A stretch of DNA of 64,000 bases from Spirochaetia bacterium (GCA_038204425.1 JBBRCZ010000006.1:32001-96000), one strand, 5' to 3'. Positions 1 to 10,539 are shown, counted from the first letter of the stretch. Made by a program: numbers and translations. Notes: a model not told the origin generated them from the letters alone.

Positions 1-221
1 AGAACCGAGAGATGATTACTGTTCTGTTTAAGACCTACTTTGATCGAGGCGGTTGCCACTTGATGGTAACGGTAGTTGGTCGAGACGTTTTGGAAGACGC
101 TATGAAACACCCCGAGAAGTATTCTAGCCTAATTGTGAGAGTGAGCGGCTTTTCGGCCATCTTCGTAAACTTAGACAAAGAAGTTCAACAAGAGCTCTTG
201 AGCCGGGTTCTGTATGGTTAG
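1..221 (+). CDS. C-terminal end of a glycyl radical enzyme (PFL-family), 5'-truncated by the window edge
   Basis: Glycyl-radical domain motifs: LEDAMKHPEKYSSLIVRVSGFSAIFVNL (RVxG loop); directly followed by a GRE-activating enzyme. Confidence 0.9.
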   Translation, partial: NREMITVLFKTYFDRGGCHLMVTVVGRDVLEDAMKHPEKYSSLIVRVSGFSAIFVNLDKEVQQELLSRVLYG

Positions 222-249
222 GGTGTATGGTTAGGGTGTATGGCTAAGG
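211..249 (+). repeat. 13-bp tandem repeat TGTATGGTTAGGG (2 perfect copies + 1 degenerate) spanning the GRE stop codon
   Basis: 211-223 and 224-236 identical; 237-249 TGTATGGCTAAGG. Confidence 0.9.
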
Positions 250-265
250 AGTATGAGAAAGCTAT

Positions 266-1084
266 ATGATTAAGAGTGGAACCATTCTGCAAAAAAAACT
301 AAACGTCTTTGATATCCAGCGATTTTGCCTGCATGACGGGCCTGGGATCAGAACTACTGTCTTTCTCAAAGGCTGTGGCCTGCGCTGTCCTTGGTGTGCC
401 AACCCCGAGTCGCAGTCCAAGCAAGTACAGACGCTACGGATCGCCAACACCAAAAATCCCGCCCTGCCGCCAACTCTAAAAGCGTGCGGAGCTATGCTCG
501 GTGTAGAAGAAATTATGCAGACCGTGCTAAAAGATAAGGACTACTATCAAAATAGCGGTGGAGGACTCACTGTTTCCGGTGGCGAACCAATGCTGCAAAC
601 CCCTGCATTGTTAGAACTCTTGCACGCCGCCAAGTATGCAGGCCTCAGTACGGCTATTGAGACCTGCGGTGACACTAAGCAAGAAGATTTTGGCGCCGTC
701 AAGGCTTTGGTGGACTACTTTCTGTTTGACGTAAAACATCTGGATTCGCAGAAGCTAAAGCACGTAACACAAGGAAATGCTGAGAGAATACTGTCAAATC
801 TGCGTTTTTTGGCCAGCCATGACGCAGACAAAATTACCGTACGAGTACCTTTGATTCCTGGTTTTAATATGGACTCAGAACTGATGAATCAAATCTTTGA
901 CTTGCTGATTAGTCTGGGCATTAAAAAAGTAGACCTCTTGCCCTACCACGTCTTAGGCAAAAACAAATACCAGCAACTCGGCATCGCCTATCCCGGAGAA
1001 ATGATTTCAGCAATAAGCCGTGCTGAGTGCCAAATCCTAGAACGACTTGCTGCCTCAAGGGGGCTAACCGTCAATGGAGCCTAG
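266..1084 (+). CDS. Glycyl-radical enzyme activating protein (radical SAM)
   Basis: IQRFCLHDGPGIRTTVFLKGCGLRCPWCANPES (CxxxCxxC), GLTVSGGEP, LLPYH. Confidence 0.93.
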   Translation: MIKSGTILQKKLNVFDIQRFCLHDGPGIRTTVFLKGCGLRCPWCANPESQSKQVQTLRIANTKNPALPPTLKACGAMLGVEEIMQTVLKDKDYYQNSGGGLTVSGGEPMLQTPALLELLHAAKYAGLSTAIETCGDTKQEDFGAVKALVDYFLFDVKHLDSQKLKHVTQGNAERILSNLRFLASHDADKITVRVPLIPGFNMDSELMNQIFDLLISLGIKKVDLLPYHVLGKNKYQQLGIAYPGEMISAISRAECQILERLAASRGLTVNGA

Positions 1085-1719
1085 CGCGGCAAAAGCTCAT
1101 AGCCTTGGACAACATAAAGACGGTGGAATAGGCGATAGGACTCGGCATATTTGATGTGATCCTTGCCGCATTGCATGGCTCTAAATTGATGTTGAATAGG
1201 AACTTGCGACAAAATAGGCGTATGGTCACATTGGGTTTTATGTTCTTTGAGCATCGTCATTTTTAGGTCAAACTGAGCGCTAATATCAATATAAAACTGT
1301 GGTTCAAAGGCTATGCCGCCAAGGTTGTCGGCGTAGAATACTGGCACCCAGGATACATCAGTAATTAGTCGGCTAATTACGCGATGGTCGGGATGATAGT
1401 CGCCTGGGTCGTGGGTAAAGATCACGTCAGGTTGTAGTTGAGCATACAATTGGCGACATGCTTTGTAGGTCTCTTGGTCGTAGATTATCTGTCCGTCTTC
1501 AAAGTTTAAAAAAATTGGCTCAATACCAAGGTGGGCCAATGAAGCACGAGCTTCGGCCTGACGGATTTTGGTCAAACCTGGGCCTTCAGGTTTGCCGGCC
1601 TGTCCATTGCTTGCAATCACGCAACTTAGCTCGTGCCCTTGCTGTTTGTACTTAATCAAAGTGCCCATGAAGGTTGCTTCTAGATCATCAGGGTGGGCAC
1701 CAACGGCCATCACTTTCAT
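1081..1719 (-). CDS. PIG-L/LmbE family metal-dependent deacetylase
   Basis: GAHPDD and DYHPDH motifs, HKTQ; RBS GAGGAG upstream. Confidence 0.9.
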   Translation of the reverse strand: MKVMAVGAHPDDLEATFMGTLIKYKQQGHELSCVIASNGQAGKPEGPGLTKIRQAEARASLAHLGIEPIFLNFEDGQIIYDQETYKACRQLYAQLQPDVIFTHDPGDYHPDHRVISRLITDVSWVPVFYADNLGGIAFEPQFYIDISAQFDLKMTMLKEHKTQCDHTPILSQVPIQHQFRAMQCGKDHIKYAESYRLFHRLYVVQGYELLPR

Positions 1720-1750
1720 AAACTCTCCTCGCTAGATTAGTTGCCAATAA

Positions 1751-1804
1751 TATAAGTCAGAATAGCCTTAACTGGACTAAATGTCATCAAATCATTGACT
1801 TATA
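1751..1804 (-). promoter_or_regulatory. Putative promoter of the deacetylase (ATGACA-N17-TATTCT) bracketed by a 9-bp inverted repeat
   Basis: TATAAGTCA at 1751-1759 and TGACTTATA at 1796-1804. Confidence 0.4.
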
Positions 1805-1816
1805 GCTCGTCTAAAA

Positions 1817-3877
1817 CTATTCGCTGTGGCCCAAAACTTCGAGATATTCATTGAGTTTGAGTGGTCTGTAGTAGAGAAAACCTTGAAACAACGATATTTT
1901 ATGGTCTATCAAAAACTTGGCTTGCTCACGACGTTCAACACCTTCTGCAACGACACTTAAGCCAAAGGCAAAGGCAATGTCTGCCACGGCGCTAACCAAG
2001 GCCTCGGAAGCTTTGCTGCCAGGGATTCCTGCCAAAAAAGCCTTGTCCAGTTTAAGCATGTCGACCGGCAAGCGGTGTAGGTAGCCAAGCGAAGAGTAGC
2101 CCGAACCAAAGTCGTCGATAGCAATCGACATGCCCGCGTTTCTAAATCTTTCAAGTGCGGCGCTCCCACGGCCACCAGCTTCCATCAATATCGACTCGGT
2201 TACTTCTAGTCTGATTTTTTTTGGATTGATCTTGTAGTAATCCAAACGTTCCATAAGTTCGTCAGAAAAGCCGGCGTATAGCAACTGACTTGGCGAAAGG
2301 TTGAGCGCCACCGGTGGAAAGTCTGGCCGAGACAGGTAGGGGGCCAAATCACTAAAGACCATGTCGATAATGAGCTTGCCAAGATCTCGCATTAGGCCGG
2401 CTGATTCGGCAAGAGGTACAAAAATAGACGGGCTTGAGACATAGCTTTTTTGCAAAGACTGCCAGCGCACCAAGGCTTCGCACGAGGCTATTGTTCCATT
2501 TGCATTGACTATTGGCTGATAGACCATAGAAAAGCGCTTCTCCGCTAGGTCATGGCGCAGATTTGCAATTGTTAGAATTTTCTCTAGGCTGGCTTGGTGG
2601 GACATTGGTGAGTAGACGGTAATCTGTCCTGGGTGCTTTTTGGCATCACGCAAAACACTCCAACAGGCCGAGAGGACACTGGAGCGATCTTTAACAGAGT
2701 CGGGTAGCCAGTTGACTCCGATCGAGCAGCTCAGGGCTTGTGTTCCCTCGTCGACCTTAATTCCGGCCTTAGCAAGTTCGTAAATCGCTTGTCCAAGCGC
2801 AACAAGTTGGGCTCCAGAACTAGCTTGTCTGGTCAAGATTGCAAACTCACTGCCACCAAGTCTAAATACACTTGATTCCAGCGGTATAACTTGGCGAATA
2901 GTGGTGACAAATGACTTAATTACAGCGTCGCCATATTCAACAGAAAAGCTTTCGTTGAGATCCATTAGTTCGTCCAAATAGATCAATATCAGGCCTGTTT
3001 TGGCGTGGGGCGAGCCCATTTCATCATCAATAGCCTGCAAAAAGGCGCGGCGGTTGGAGATGCCCGTCAAGTCGTCAGTCAAATTTAGCTGTGCGAGCAG
3101 GCGCTCACTGCGTTTGAGTGCGTCGCGAGCTTGTGAGACCTCACGTGCTTGCAACAAAAAAATGCGGAAAAAACCGAGTGCGATCAAGACACAGAAGCCA
3201 GTTAGCCCAAAGGTCATACGAGAAAAACGAACAAAGAACAATGGATCTATGACAAAGCCGAGGCTGCTTTCGGCCACAGCTGACAAGCCAAAAAACATAC
3301 CAAACGTTATGGCCGACAGTACCAGTCTGTTTCTTTTGAATGTTCCCCAGCGAACGTGGTCAATCAACAATGCCACCAAGCTGGTGATCATAAACAAAAC
3401 CTGAATCAGGTCGGTTATGTAGTAAAGTGGGCCTTTTTGAGCTAGCTGCGGATTAAAGTTTCCGGTATCAAAGAGACTTGAAGCGACAATAAAATTGTTG
3501 GGTGATGCAGCGACCATAATATAGGCAATAATCATCAAGAGTGTGCCTAGATAGCACATCAGTAAGAAGACCCTCCTCGCATGGGCAGGCTTAAGAATAT
3601 TTGCATAAAGAAAAAGTGGCATGGCTAGCCAGAACAAAAAGTGCACCGATTGTTGCACTAAATAGACGGCACCCAGTAGTTCTTGACCGGCGTCGCTGCC
3701 CAACAGTAGAAACAGGGTGATCTCTAACGCACTATAAGCAAAGGTGATCAACAAAATCATTACAAATGAGAGGTAGTTGTTTTCTTTAAAATAGCTTCGG
3801 ACCAGCAATAGATAAATAACCGTAGTAGCTATTAGTCCGCAGGATACCCCTGCTAAGATAAGATCGGGCAAGAACAT
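1817..3877 (-). CDS. Multi-TM GGDEF(degenerate)-EAL protein, probable c-di-GMP phosphodiesterase
   Basis: Hydrophobic N-terminal ~240 aa; RLGGSEF instead of GGDEF; intact CEALVRW, IDDFGSGYSSL, KLDK, AEGVE, QG. Confidence 0.88.
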   Translation of the reverse strand: MFLPDLILAGVSCGLIATTVIYLLLVRSYFKENNYLSFVMILLITFAYSALEITLFLLLGSDAGQELLGAVYLVQQSVHFLFWLAMPLFLYANILKPAHARRVFLLMCYLGTLLMIIAYIMVAASPNNFIVASSLFDTGNFNPQLAQKGPLYYITDLIQVLFMITSLVALLIDHVRWGTFKRNRLVLSAITFGMFFGLSAVAESSLGFVIDPLFFVRFSRMTFGLTGFCVLIALGFFRIFLLQAREVSQARDALKRSERLLAQLNLTDDLTGISNRRAFLQAIDDEMGSPHAKTGLILIYLDELMDLNESFSVEYGDAVIKSFVTTIRQVIPLESSVFRLGGSEFAILTRQASSGAQLVALGQAIYELAKAGIKVDEGTQALSCSIGVNWLPDSVKDRSSVLSACWSVLRDAKKHPGQITVYSPMSHQASLEKILTIANLRHDLAEKRFSMVYQPIVNANGTIASCEALVRWQSLQKSYVSSPSIFVPLAESAGLMRDLGKLIIDMVFSDLAPYLSRPDFPPVALNLSPSQLLYAGFSDELMERLDYYKINPKKIRLEVTESILMEAGGRGSAALERFRNAGMSIAIDDFGSGYSSLGYLHRLPVDMLKLDKAFLAGIPGSKASEALVSAVADIAFAFGLSVVAEGVERREQAKFLIDHKISLFQGFLYYRPLKLNEYLEVLGHSE

Positions 3878-3971
3878 ATGCTAAGTATACAGTAAGCCGA
3901 CTTGTTGATGTTGGTTTTTTTTTAACTTGTAGCTAGTTGCCATTCTATAAACTTATGGGCATGCTCTTGGC

Positions 3972-4880
3972 ATGAAATCCAGAGAATTGAGCTCCTCACT
4001 GCTTTTACTAGTAACAGCTCTCATTTGGGGCTTGGCCTTTGTTGCCCAAAGAGAGGGGGCCAAAGTGCTTTCCACTTTTTCGTTTAATGGCATTCGGTTT
4101 GCTTTAGGTGCGCTTTCTTTGTCGCCGGTGATTATCTTTATGCAAAACCGAGAGAAAAACATCAAGGCTTCAATGGGTGGGCTTGCACAAGGTCACATCA
4201 GAGTGCTTGGACTTGCTGGTATTTCCTGCGGACTGGTGCTCTTTGCTGCAGCCTCGTTGCAGCAGCTTGGCATGAGTGACACAATCTTTGGGCAAGCTAC
4301 GAGTGCCGGAAAAGCTGCCTTTATCACGGGATTCTACATCCCCTTGGTGCCGATTGTTGGTTTGTTCTTTAGGCAAAAAATTTCCTGGCCAGCATGGATA
4401 GGAATAGTGGTGTCGCTTTTTGGACTGTATCTCTTGAGTATCACCAGTGATTTTACCGTCTCAGGCAGCGACGTGCTGGTATTAATCGGCGCACTCTTTT
4501 GGACAGCGCATATTCTGTTGATAGACCATTTTTCGCAACGATGTGATGCCCTGCTTTTGGCGTGTTTACAGTTTCTTACTTGTTCCGTTTTGAGCCTCAT
4601 AATCGCCCTTGGTTTTGAAAAGCCTAGTTGGGAAGCAATACGTGCTGCAGCATATCCCCTGCTCTTTGGTGGCATAGCTTCAGTTGGCATTGCCTATACC
4701 TTGCAGGTTATTGGGCAAAAACACGTGCGGCCAAGCTCTGCGGCGCTCTTATTGAGCCTAGAAACGGTTTTTGCCAGTCTTGGTGGCTTAATTATTCTTG
4801 GTGAACTCATGAGCGGACGGGCACTTGCAGGTTGTGCATTGATGTTGGCAGGGATTCTTGTCTCGCAGCTCAAAAGGTAG
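3972..4880 (+). CDS. DMT/EamA family transporter
   Basis: IWGLAFVAQ, SAGKAAFITG, LLSLETVFA; about 10 TM segments. Confidence 0.9.
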   Translation: MKSRELSSSLLLLVTALIWGLAFVAQREGAKVLSTFSFNGIRFALGALSLSPVIIFMQNREKNIKASMGGLAQGHIRVLGLAGISCGLVLFAAASLQQLGMSDTIFGQATSAGKAAFITGFYIPLVPIVGLFFRQKISWPAWIGIVVSLFGLYLLSITSDFTVSGSDVLVLIGALFWTAHILLIDHFSQRCDALLLACLQFLTCSVLSLIIALGFEKPSWEAIRAAAYPLLFGGIASVGIAYTLQVIGQKHVRPSSAALLLSLETVFASLGGLIILGELMSGRALAGCALMLAGILVSQLKR

Positions 4881-5636
4881 TTAGTGCAGAATATTGTCCA
4901 AAAATTTACGCGTGCGTTCTTCTTTGGGCTTATCGAACAGCTCACGTGGACTGCCTGTTTCTACAACCAAACCGGCATCCATAAAGATGACCCTGTCGGC
5001 TGCAGCCTTGGCAAAACCCATCTCGTGGCTGACTACTACCATCGTCATGCCCTCCCGTGCAAGATCAAGCATCACGTCGAGTACTTCTTTGACCATTTCG
5101 GGGTCAAGCGCACTGGTTGGCTCATCAAAAAGCATGATCTTGGGGTGCATAGCCAAAGCTCGGGCTATGGCTACACGCTGTTGCTGACCACCAGACAATT
5201 GGTCAGGAAAGCTATACTCTTTTTCACTCAGGCCGACTTTTGCAAGTAGGGAACGGCCTTGCTCGCGTGCCTCATTTTTTCCGATTTTTTTAACGTTGAT
5301 AGGGCTAAGGCAAATGTTGTCTAAGACGTTGAGATGTGGAAAGAGGTTAAAGTTCTGAAACACCATGCCCACCTCTTCGCGTAGGCGTCGAATATCGGCA
5401 TTGGCGGCACAAACTTCTATGTCTGCCACGCGGATGCTGCCACTGCTTAGGTGTTCTAGCCGGTTTATAGAGCGCAGCAAAGTGGATTTGCCGCTACCGG
5501 ATGGGCCGATAATGAGAACCACTTCGCCCTTGGCAACGCTTAGGTTTACGCCTGCCAATGCTCGTTGTTCTTGGAAGACTTTGACTGCGTCACGAATCTC
5601 AATTATTGCCTGAGTGTCTTTGTCAGTTGTACCCAA
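4881..5636 (-). CDS. Polar amino acid ABC transporter ATP-binding protein (GlnQ-like)
   Basis: Walker [31 protein letters not shown]. Confidence 0.95.
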   Translation of the reverse strand: MGTTDKDTQAIIEIRDAVKVFQEQRALAGVNLSVAKGEVVLIIGPSGSGKSTLLRSINRLEHLSSGSIRVADIEVCAANADIRRLREEVGMVFQNFNLFPHLNVLDNICLSPINVKKIGKNEAREQGRSLLAKVGLSEKEYSFPDQLSGGQQQRVAIARALAMHPKIMLFDEPTSALDPEMVKEVLDVMLDLAREGMTMVVVSHEMGFAKAAADRVIFMDAGLVVETGSPRELFDKPKEERTRKFLDNILH

Positions 5637-5637
5637 T

Positions 5638-6519
5638 TTATTTACGCCCTCTCTTTTGCAGACGTTCTTCCATAATACCTACCAGGCGAGACAAAAATAG
5701 CGTCATGACCAAGTACAAGAGGGCAACCATAGTAAAGGTTTCAAAATAGGCGAATGACTGGGACGTGTACTGTCTGCCGCGCGTCATAAGGTCTGGCAAG
5801 GCAACAATGCTCACCAAAGAACTGTCTTTGAGCATGGCAATAAGTTCGTTTCCGAGGGCTGGAAGGATTACTCGGACTGTTTGGGGGAGAATAATAAACC
5901 TAAAAGCTTGGCGGCGGGTCATCCCCAAGGCAAGCGCTGCTTCCATTTGGCCTCTGGAAATGCTTTGAATCCCGGCTCTAAAAATTTCACCAATATAGGC
6001 ACCGTAGCAGATCGAGAGAGCAGCCACCGCTGCCAAGACACCTTCTGTTCTTAGCAACTGCCCTAAAGAGTAGTAGATGTAAAAGAGTTGAACGATCAAC
6101 GGAATGCCGCGAATCACTTCTACGTAGACGGTGGAAACTCTGTTGATCAGTGTATTGCGTGAAATTTGGCCCAGTCCTGCAAACAAGCCGATGACCGTAG
6201 CACATGCAATTGAAAGCAAAGTAACTTGAAACGTGATTATTAGTCCGTCGGGCACAAATTTTAGCGCGTTCCAGTAGTAATTGCGATAACTGCCATCTGC
6301 GATGCGCTCCAAAACAGGATTGGGTGTGCTGGATGGAAACACCTGTAACCATAGTGTATGAACAAAACTCTGTACCTCGGCGGTATTGATCAAAGGCACG
6401 ACTATCAGCAAGCCAATGGCACCAATCAGTGCGATTCGCCAAGCTGAGAAGACACCCTTGTTTCCTCGTTCGGGAATCAGGGTGCCGTCTGCAATAACTA
6501 TGGTTACCGGTTGGGACAT
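5638..6519 (-). CDS. Polar amino acid ABC transporter permease
   Basis: [16 protein letters not shown] loop ([10 protein letters not shown]), KDSSLVS. Confidence 0.93.
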   Translation of the reverse strand: MSQPVTIVIADGTLIPERGNKGVFSAWRIALIGAIGLLIVVPLINTAEVQSFVHTLWLQVFPSSTPNPVLERIADGSYRNYYWNALKFVPDGLIITFQVTLLSIACATVIGLFAGLGQISRNTLINRVSTVYVEVIRGIPLIVQLFYIYYSLGQLLRTEGVLAAVAALSICYGAYIGEIFRAGIQSISRGQMEAALALGMTRRQAFRFIILPQTVRVILPALGNELIAMLKDSSLVSIVALPDLMTRGRQYTSQSFAYFETFTMVALLYLVMTLFLSRLVGIMEERLQKRGRK

Positions 6520-7298
6520 TACTTAATTCCCCATTTGGCTTTAATGGCGTCCAATCCACCATTGGCCCTCAGCGTACTAATGCCTTGGTTGAGCTTGGCC
6601 AAGAGTTCGGTGTTATCCATACGTAAGGTATATGCATAAGGTTCAGCTGTAATCAAATCTCCAACGATTAAAACTTTGCCCTTAAAATTTGGATTGACAA
6701 GTGCGTAGTCGGCGGCTACCGGGCTGTCTATGACCACACCTGCAAGATTGCCGTTGACCAGATCCTGAAACGCCAAGCCGATCTCGGCGTAAGTTCTTAC
6801 CTCTACAACCTTTGCAGCGTCAGCAGTATTGTTGCCTGTCGTGCCAATCTGCACGCCAACCTGCTTGCCAGCCAGTTCTTGTAGCTTGGTGGTTTTGCTG
6901 TCTGTTGCAGGTACTACTAATACTTGGCCCACATTTACATAAGGGTCAGAGAAGGCAAACTTGAGTTTTCGCTCGTCAGTAATACTGACCGAACTAGCAA
7001 TCATGTCGTACTTACCGTTCTCAAGCGATATAAAAATGCCATCCCAAGAGACGTTTTCAAATTGGGGAGTAAAACCCACCAGTTCGCCTATAGCTTTGAG
7101 CAAGTCAATGTCAAACCCGATGATGTTACGGTTTTCGTCAACATATTCCATTGGTGGAAAGCTTGCATCGGTTGCGACCTTAATCACTTGGAGAGTGGTC
7201 GTCGCATTATTGGAACTAGAGTTGGATTCGCCTTTTTGACAAGCTACAAAACCTGCAGCGATTGCAATCACAAGAGCCAGAGTGAGAAAACGCTTCAT
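6519..7298 (-). CDS. Amino acid ABC substrate-binding lipoprotein (family 3)
   Basis: Lipobox FVAC; DASFPPMEY, GFDIDL, ITDERK; RBS AGGAGA. Confidence 0.93.
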   Translation of the reverse strand: MKRFLTLALVIAIAAGFVACQKGESNSSSNNATTTLQVIKVATDASFPPMEYVDENRNIIGFDIDLLKAIGELVGFTPQFENVSWDGIFISLENGKYDMIASSVSITDERKLKFAFSDPYVNVGQVLVVPATDSKTTKLQELAGKQVGVQIGTTGNNTADAAKVVEVRTYAEIGLAFQDLVNGNLAGVVIDSPVAADYALVNPNFKGKVLIVGDLITAEPYAYTLRMDNTELLAKLNQGISTLRANGGLDAIKAKWGIK

Positions 7299-7319
7299 AA
7301 GATATCTCCTATGAACGAA

Positions 7320-7349
7320 ATACTAAAGCCAAGTTCTAAGCCATGTCAA
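7320..7349 (-). promoter_or_regulatory. sigma70-like promoter of the amino acid ABC operon
   Basis: TTGACA-N18-TAGTAT on the minus strand, just upstream of the RBS. Confidence 0.55.
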
Positions 7350-7370
7350 CGCAAGCAACGACCATAGAAG

Positions 7371-9206
7371 CTAAACTTTAAAGACTTTTACGCTCTCCAC
7401 GAGGCTTTGTCCCACTTCGCCGATTTGGTGCGAATGGTCAGATACTTGATGGACCGCTTGGTTGATTTCTTGCAATCCGATCACAATTTCGCCAATGTTA
7501 GAGGTAACCTCTCCGGACAGGCGGCTTAAGTCAAGAAAGCTTACGGCCAGCTGTTTGGTGTTGTCGCCAATAGTTGCTGCTTCGTCGATAATCACCGTCG
7601 AACCAGCTCTTAGACTCTGCATGGTGTCCAAGACTTGACGGCCACCTGCGCGCATGTCTTGAATGTTTTTAACAATCTCTGTAATGGATTCGGCTACCGC
7701 AGAAATTTTTAAGCTGATGCTATCAAAGGCTTTGGAGGTACCTTCCCGGGTGGCGTCAGCCTCGCTGATACTTTGAGTGATGGTGCGAATAGTTTCTGCG
7801 ATCTCGCCTGAGCTTGCAGCTGAGGCGGCCGCAAGCTTGCCAATTTCATCGGCTACTACCGCAAATCCTCTACCGAGATCGCCAGCGTGAGCAGCCTCGA
7901 TGGCGGCGTTCATGGCCAAAATATTGGTTTGACTGGCAATCTTGGCTATTACATCTGACATTTCTTGAATAGCACTGACTTGCTCAGAAATGGACGCGAC
8001 TTTGGCAAACGAGTCTTCAAAAATCTCTCGTCCAGATTCGCTTTCTCTAACCAAGCTATTGGCGGCCTCGCGATCGAGCTCAGCGATATGGGATACTTTT
8101 TCCAATGAACTTATCATGTCTGTTACAGCGACGGTGGAGGTCTCAACATGTGTGCCTTGTTCGGCAATACGTCCGCGATAGCTTGCAACCCCGTCTGCAA
8201 CGCCGCGCGACCTGCCATCGGCCTCCCTAACCATGTTATCCATGGTTAACATCTGAGCGCGAATAGATGCAGTGTTGGCTTCTATTTCGATCGCGCTTGA
8301 AGTGGCAGTTGACACAGCTTGGCCCAAGTGGTTCCTTAGTTCGATATTGGTCTCACTGGCGTCCTTTATTTTGCCTATCGAACTATGAAGCGCCTCAAGA
8401 AGTAGGTCCAGATTCTTACTCAGCCGGCCAATTTCATCCTTGGATCGTGTATTAAAACGACCGCGGAGATCGCCAGTGCTCATGATCTGAACTTGGTTTT
8501 GAATCGACTTAAGCGAGCGTGCAATAGATCGGGACAACAAAAAGGAGAAGATCAGCAGTAACGTTGCGCAGAGAGAGACAACTATCCCAACGATCAGGAA
8601 GGCGCGGGCTTTGACAAGGCCAATTTCATTGGCAACCACGTCATCTTGGGCCGCGAGTTTTTCTACCGTTATAAGCAGGATAATTTGCGCGCTGGCCTCG
8701 CGGCTAGCGAAGTCTCTCACCATAGAACGCAATCGTCCCCTTCCTACGTCAGTAGAGGACGCGGAGTAAATGCTTAGGTCAATAATACTGCCCAATTGAG
8801 TATTGTTTTCTTCCGCTGCAACTGACAATAGATCGGTTAAAGACTTTTCTAAAGCCTTGAGGCTGGAACTTCCCAGTTCCTTAAGTTTGGCTACCACGTC
8901 GATGGCACCGGCCAGCGCTTGATTGACACGCGGCAGGTACGTCAAACTCGCAAGCTTGGCAAAGGCATCTTCATAATTCTTAAAGGCTAGGTCATAACTC
9001 AGTTTTTGTTTGACCAAGTTGGCATTCATTAGCTTGGATGCCTCTATCTGTAAGTCACGTACCGCTAGTTCGGTTTGCGAAAATTGAGTGTATTCTTGGT
9101 CTATCAAATCAATCGGTGAAATAACTAAGAGGTAACAGCCAACAGCGACTGCAAACATAGACAGGTTTATAAAAACCAGAAAATAAAGCTTTGTTTTTAT
9201 ATTCAC
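7371..9206 (-). CDS. Methyl-accepting chemotaxis protein (2 TM, HAMP, MA domain)
   Basis: [37 protein letters not shown] hairpin tip; [15 protein letters not shown] start after AAAGGA. Confidence 0.95.
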   Translation of the reverse strand: MNIKTKLYFLVFINLSMFAVAVGCYLLVISPIDLIDQEYTQFSQTELAVRDLQIEASKLMNANLVKQKLSYDLAFKNYEDAFAKLASLTYLPRVNQALAGAIDVVAKLKELGSSSLKALEKSLTDLLSVAAEENNTQLGSIIDLSIYSASSTDVGRGRLRSMVRDFASREASAQIILLITVEKLAAQDDVVANEIGLVKARAFLIVGIVVSLCATLLLIFSFLLSRSIARSLKSIQNQVQIMSTGDLRGRFNTRSKDEIGRLSKNLDLLLEALHSSIGKIKDASETNIELRNHLGQAVSTATSSAIEIEANTASIRAQMLTMDNMVREADGRSRGVADGVASYRGRIAEQGTHVETSTVAVTDMISSLEKVSHIAELDREAANSLVRESESGREIFEDSFAKVASISEQVSAIQEMSDVIAKIASQTNILAMNAAIEAAHAGDLGRGFAVVADEIGKLAAASAASSGEIAETIRTITQSISEADATREGTSKAFDSISLKISAVAESITEIVKNIQDMRAGGRQVLDTMQSLRAGSTVIIDEAATIGDNTKQLAVSFLDLSRLSGEVTSNIGEIVIGLQEINQAVHQVSDHSHQIGEVGQSLVESVKVFKV

Positions 9207-9313
9207 AATAGTCCTTTGGTCTCGGATATGATTAAGCTACCAGATTAAGCGGCTTCTTCCAAGTGCTGACGCAATTCGTATGCGCGTTCTAAATTATACC
9301 GTATACTAATGCC

Positions 9314-9652
9314 ATGGTGGCAGAAGGTTTTTGGATAACTAACCCAATCTGGGATCCTAGCAAGGAGATGCTAATCGTTTCTTTGCAAGGACAGCTAGAT
9401 GCGTCGGAGGTTCAGCAGTTTAGAGACCAACTTATCGCGACCTGTGACAAATATCCAACGCTCAAAGTTGTCAGAGTAGATGTCGGCGGCTTGCGCTATG
9501 TTTCTTCAACTGGCATTGGAGCCATTATTGATACTATGAAGTTACTGCGCTCGCGATGGGATGCTGAGCTGCAACTGTGTCGAGTGCAACAGCCAGTTAG
9601 GCAATTGATAGACCTTCTTGGTTTTTCACCCTATCTGAGCATAAAAGATTAG
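9314..9652 (+). CDS. STAS domain anti-sigma factor antagonist
   Basis: LQGQLDA...LRYVSSTGIG...LLGF; phosphoacceptor Ser motif. Confidence 0.88.
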   Translation: MVAEGFWITNPIWDPSKEMLIVSLQGQLDASEVQQFRDQLIATCDKYPTLKVVRVDVGGLRYVSSTGIGAIIDTMKLLRSRWDAELQLCRVQQPVRQLIDLLGFSPYLSIKD

Positions 9653-9675
9653 AAATAAAGAATAAAGAACTGGAG

Positions 9676-10518
9676 ATGATTATGAAATTGAACATGAATT
9701 TGACTTTAAGGTGTCTGATGAGTGCTTTGGTGCTTTTGACAGCAAGTACCGCGTTGTCTGCACAGGCCACCGCCTATAAAGATGGCATCTATTTTGCTCA
9801 AGAAGCAAATTTTGCCGCTTCAGGATGGAAGGGGCAGCTGATTGTAAGAGTAAAAGCTGGCAAAATTGTGGCCGTTAACTGGAATGGCGTCAACAATCTC
9901 AATCTCTTAGACAAAAAGACCGTTGCCCAAACCGGCGGCTACGGCATGGGCAAGGTGGCCAAAAAGGGTGAGTGGCATCTCCAGGCCGCAGCTGTTGAAA
10001 CGTGGGTTATTAAAAATCAAGGTATAGGCGGACTTACCGTCAATGCCAACAAGACGACTGATGGTATTGCTGGAGCTAGTGTAAAAGTTGACGGCTTTGT
10101 TGCACTCTTTAACCAGGCTATAAGCTCGGCACCTGTAGCCAGTGGTTTGTACAAAAAAGACGGCTGGTATCGAGCCGAAGAAGTAGCCTTTGATCCACGA
10201 GCTGGCTGGAAGGATTCAGTCCTCCTTACCGTGGTAAATGGGCGAGTGGTGGATGCAGTTTGGAACGGCGCCTACAAGGACGCAACAAAAAAATCAAAAC
10301 TTAGCGAGTCCATTTCTGGTGCATACGGAATGGAAAAAGCAGCCAAAGCAGGAGCATGGCATGTACAAGCGGCAAGAGTTGAGGCTCACTTTTTGACCGT
10401 GCAAGATCCGGCCAAGGTGGCGCTCAAGGATGGCAAAGTAGACGGCCTCAGTGGCGCTAGTCTTAACCAGAGCGGGTTCTTTGCGCTCGCTAGCAACGCC
10501 TTAAAGACTGCGCGATAG
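9676..10518 (+). CDS. Exported tandem FMN-binding domain protein (PplA/Tpp15-like)
   Basis: Signal peptide; two homologous halves (YKDG..GWK..WNG..YGM..WHxQA..), ending in DGIAGAS and DGLSGAS FMNylation-type motifs. Confidence 0.8.
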   Translation: MIMKLNMNLTLRCLMSALVLLTASTALSAQATAYKDGIYFAQEANFAASGWKGQLIVRVKAGKIVAVNWNGVNNLNLLDKKTVAQTGGYGMGKVAKKGEWHLQAAAVETWVIKNQGIGGLTVNANKTTDGIAGASVKVDGFVALFNQAISSAPVASGLYKKDGWYRAEEVAFDPRAGWKDSVLLTVVNGRVVDAVWNGAYKDATKKSKLSESISGAYGMEKAAKAGAWHVQAARVEAHFLTVQDPAKVALKDGKVDGLSGASLNQSGFFALASNALKTAR

Positions 10519-10520
10519 TT

Positions 10521-10539
10521 TTGGCTTGCAAAGCCAAAG
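10521..10539. terminator. Short hairpin between convergent genes
   Basis: TTGGCTT-GCA-AAGCCAA, with T and A flanks, between the stops at 10518 and 10549. Confidence 0.45.

Noticed and set aside
211..249. TTAGGG hexamers suggesting a telomere repeat or mini-CRISPR
   Set aside because: Only part of a 13-bp unit with 2-3 contiguous copies; no spacers and no cas genes
3915..3923. T9 tract and other A/T runs as phase-variation sites
   Set aside because: Short A/T runs are common here; no long G/C tracts or frameshifted intact genes seen
5987..6562. 191-aa alternative-frame ORF over the ABC permease, and other overlapping or antisense ORFs in the track (e.g. 56714-57322, 13758-14240, 43142-43621)
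   Set aside because: Shadows of well-supported genes, with no motifs or RBS
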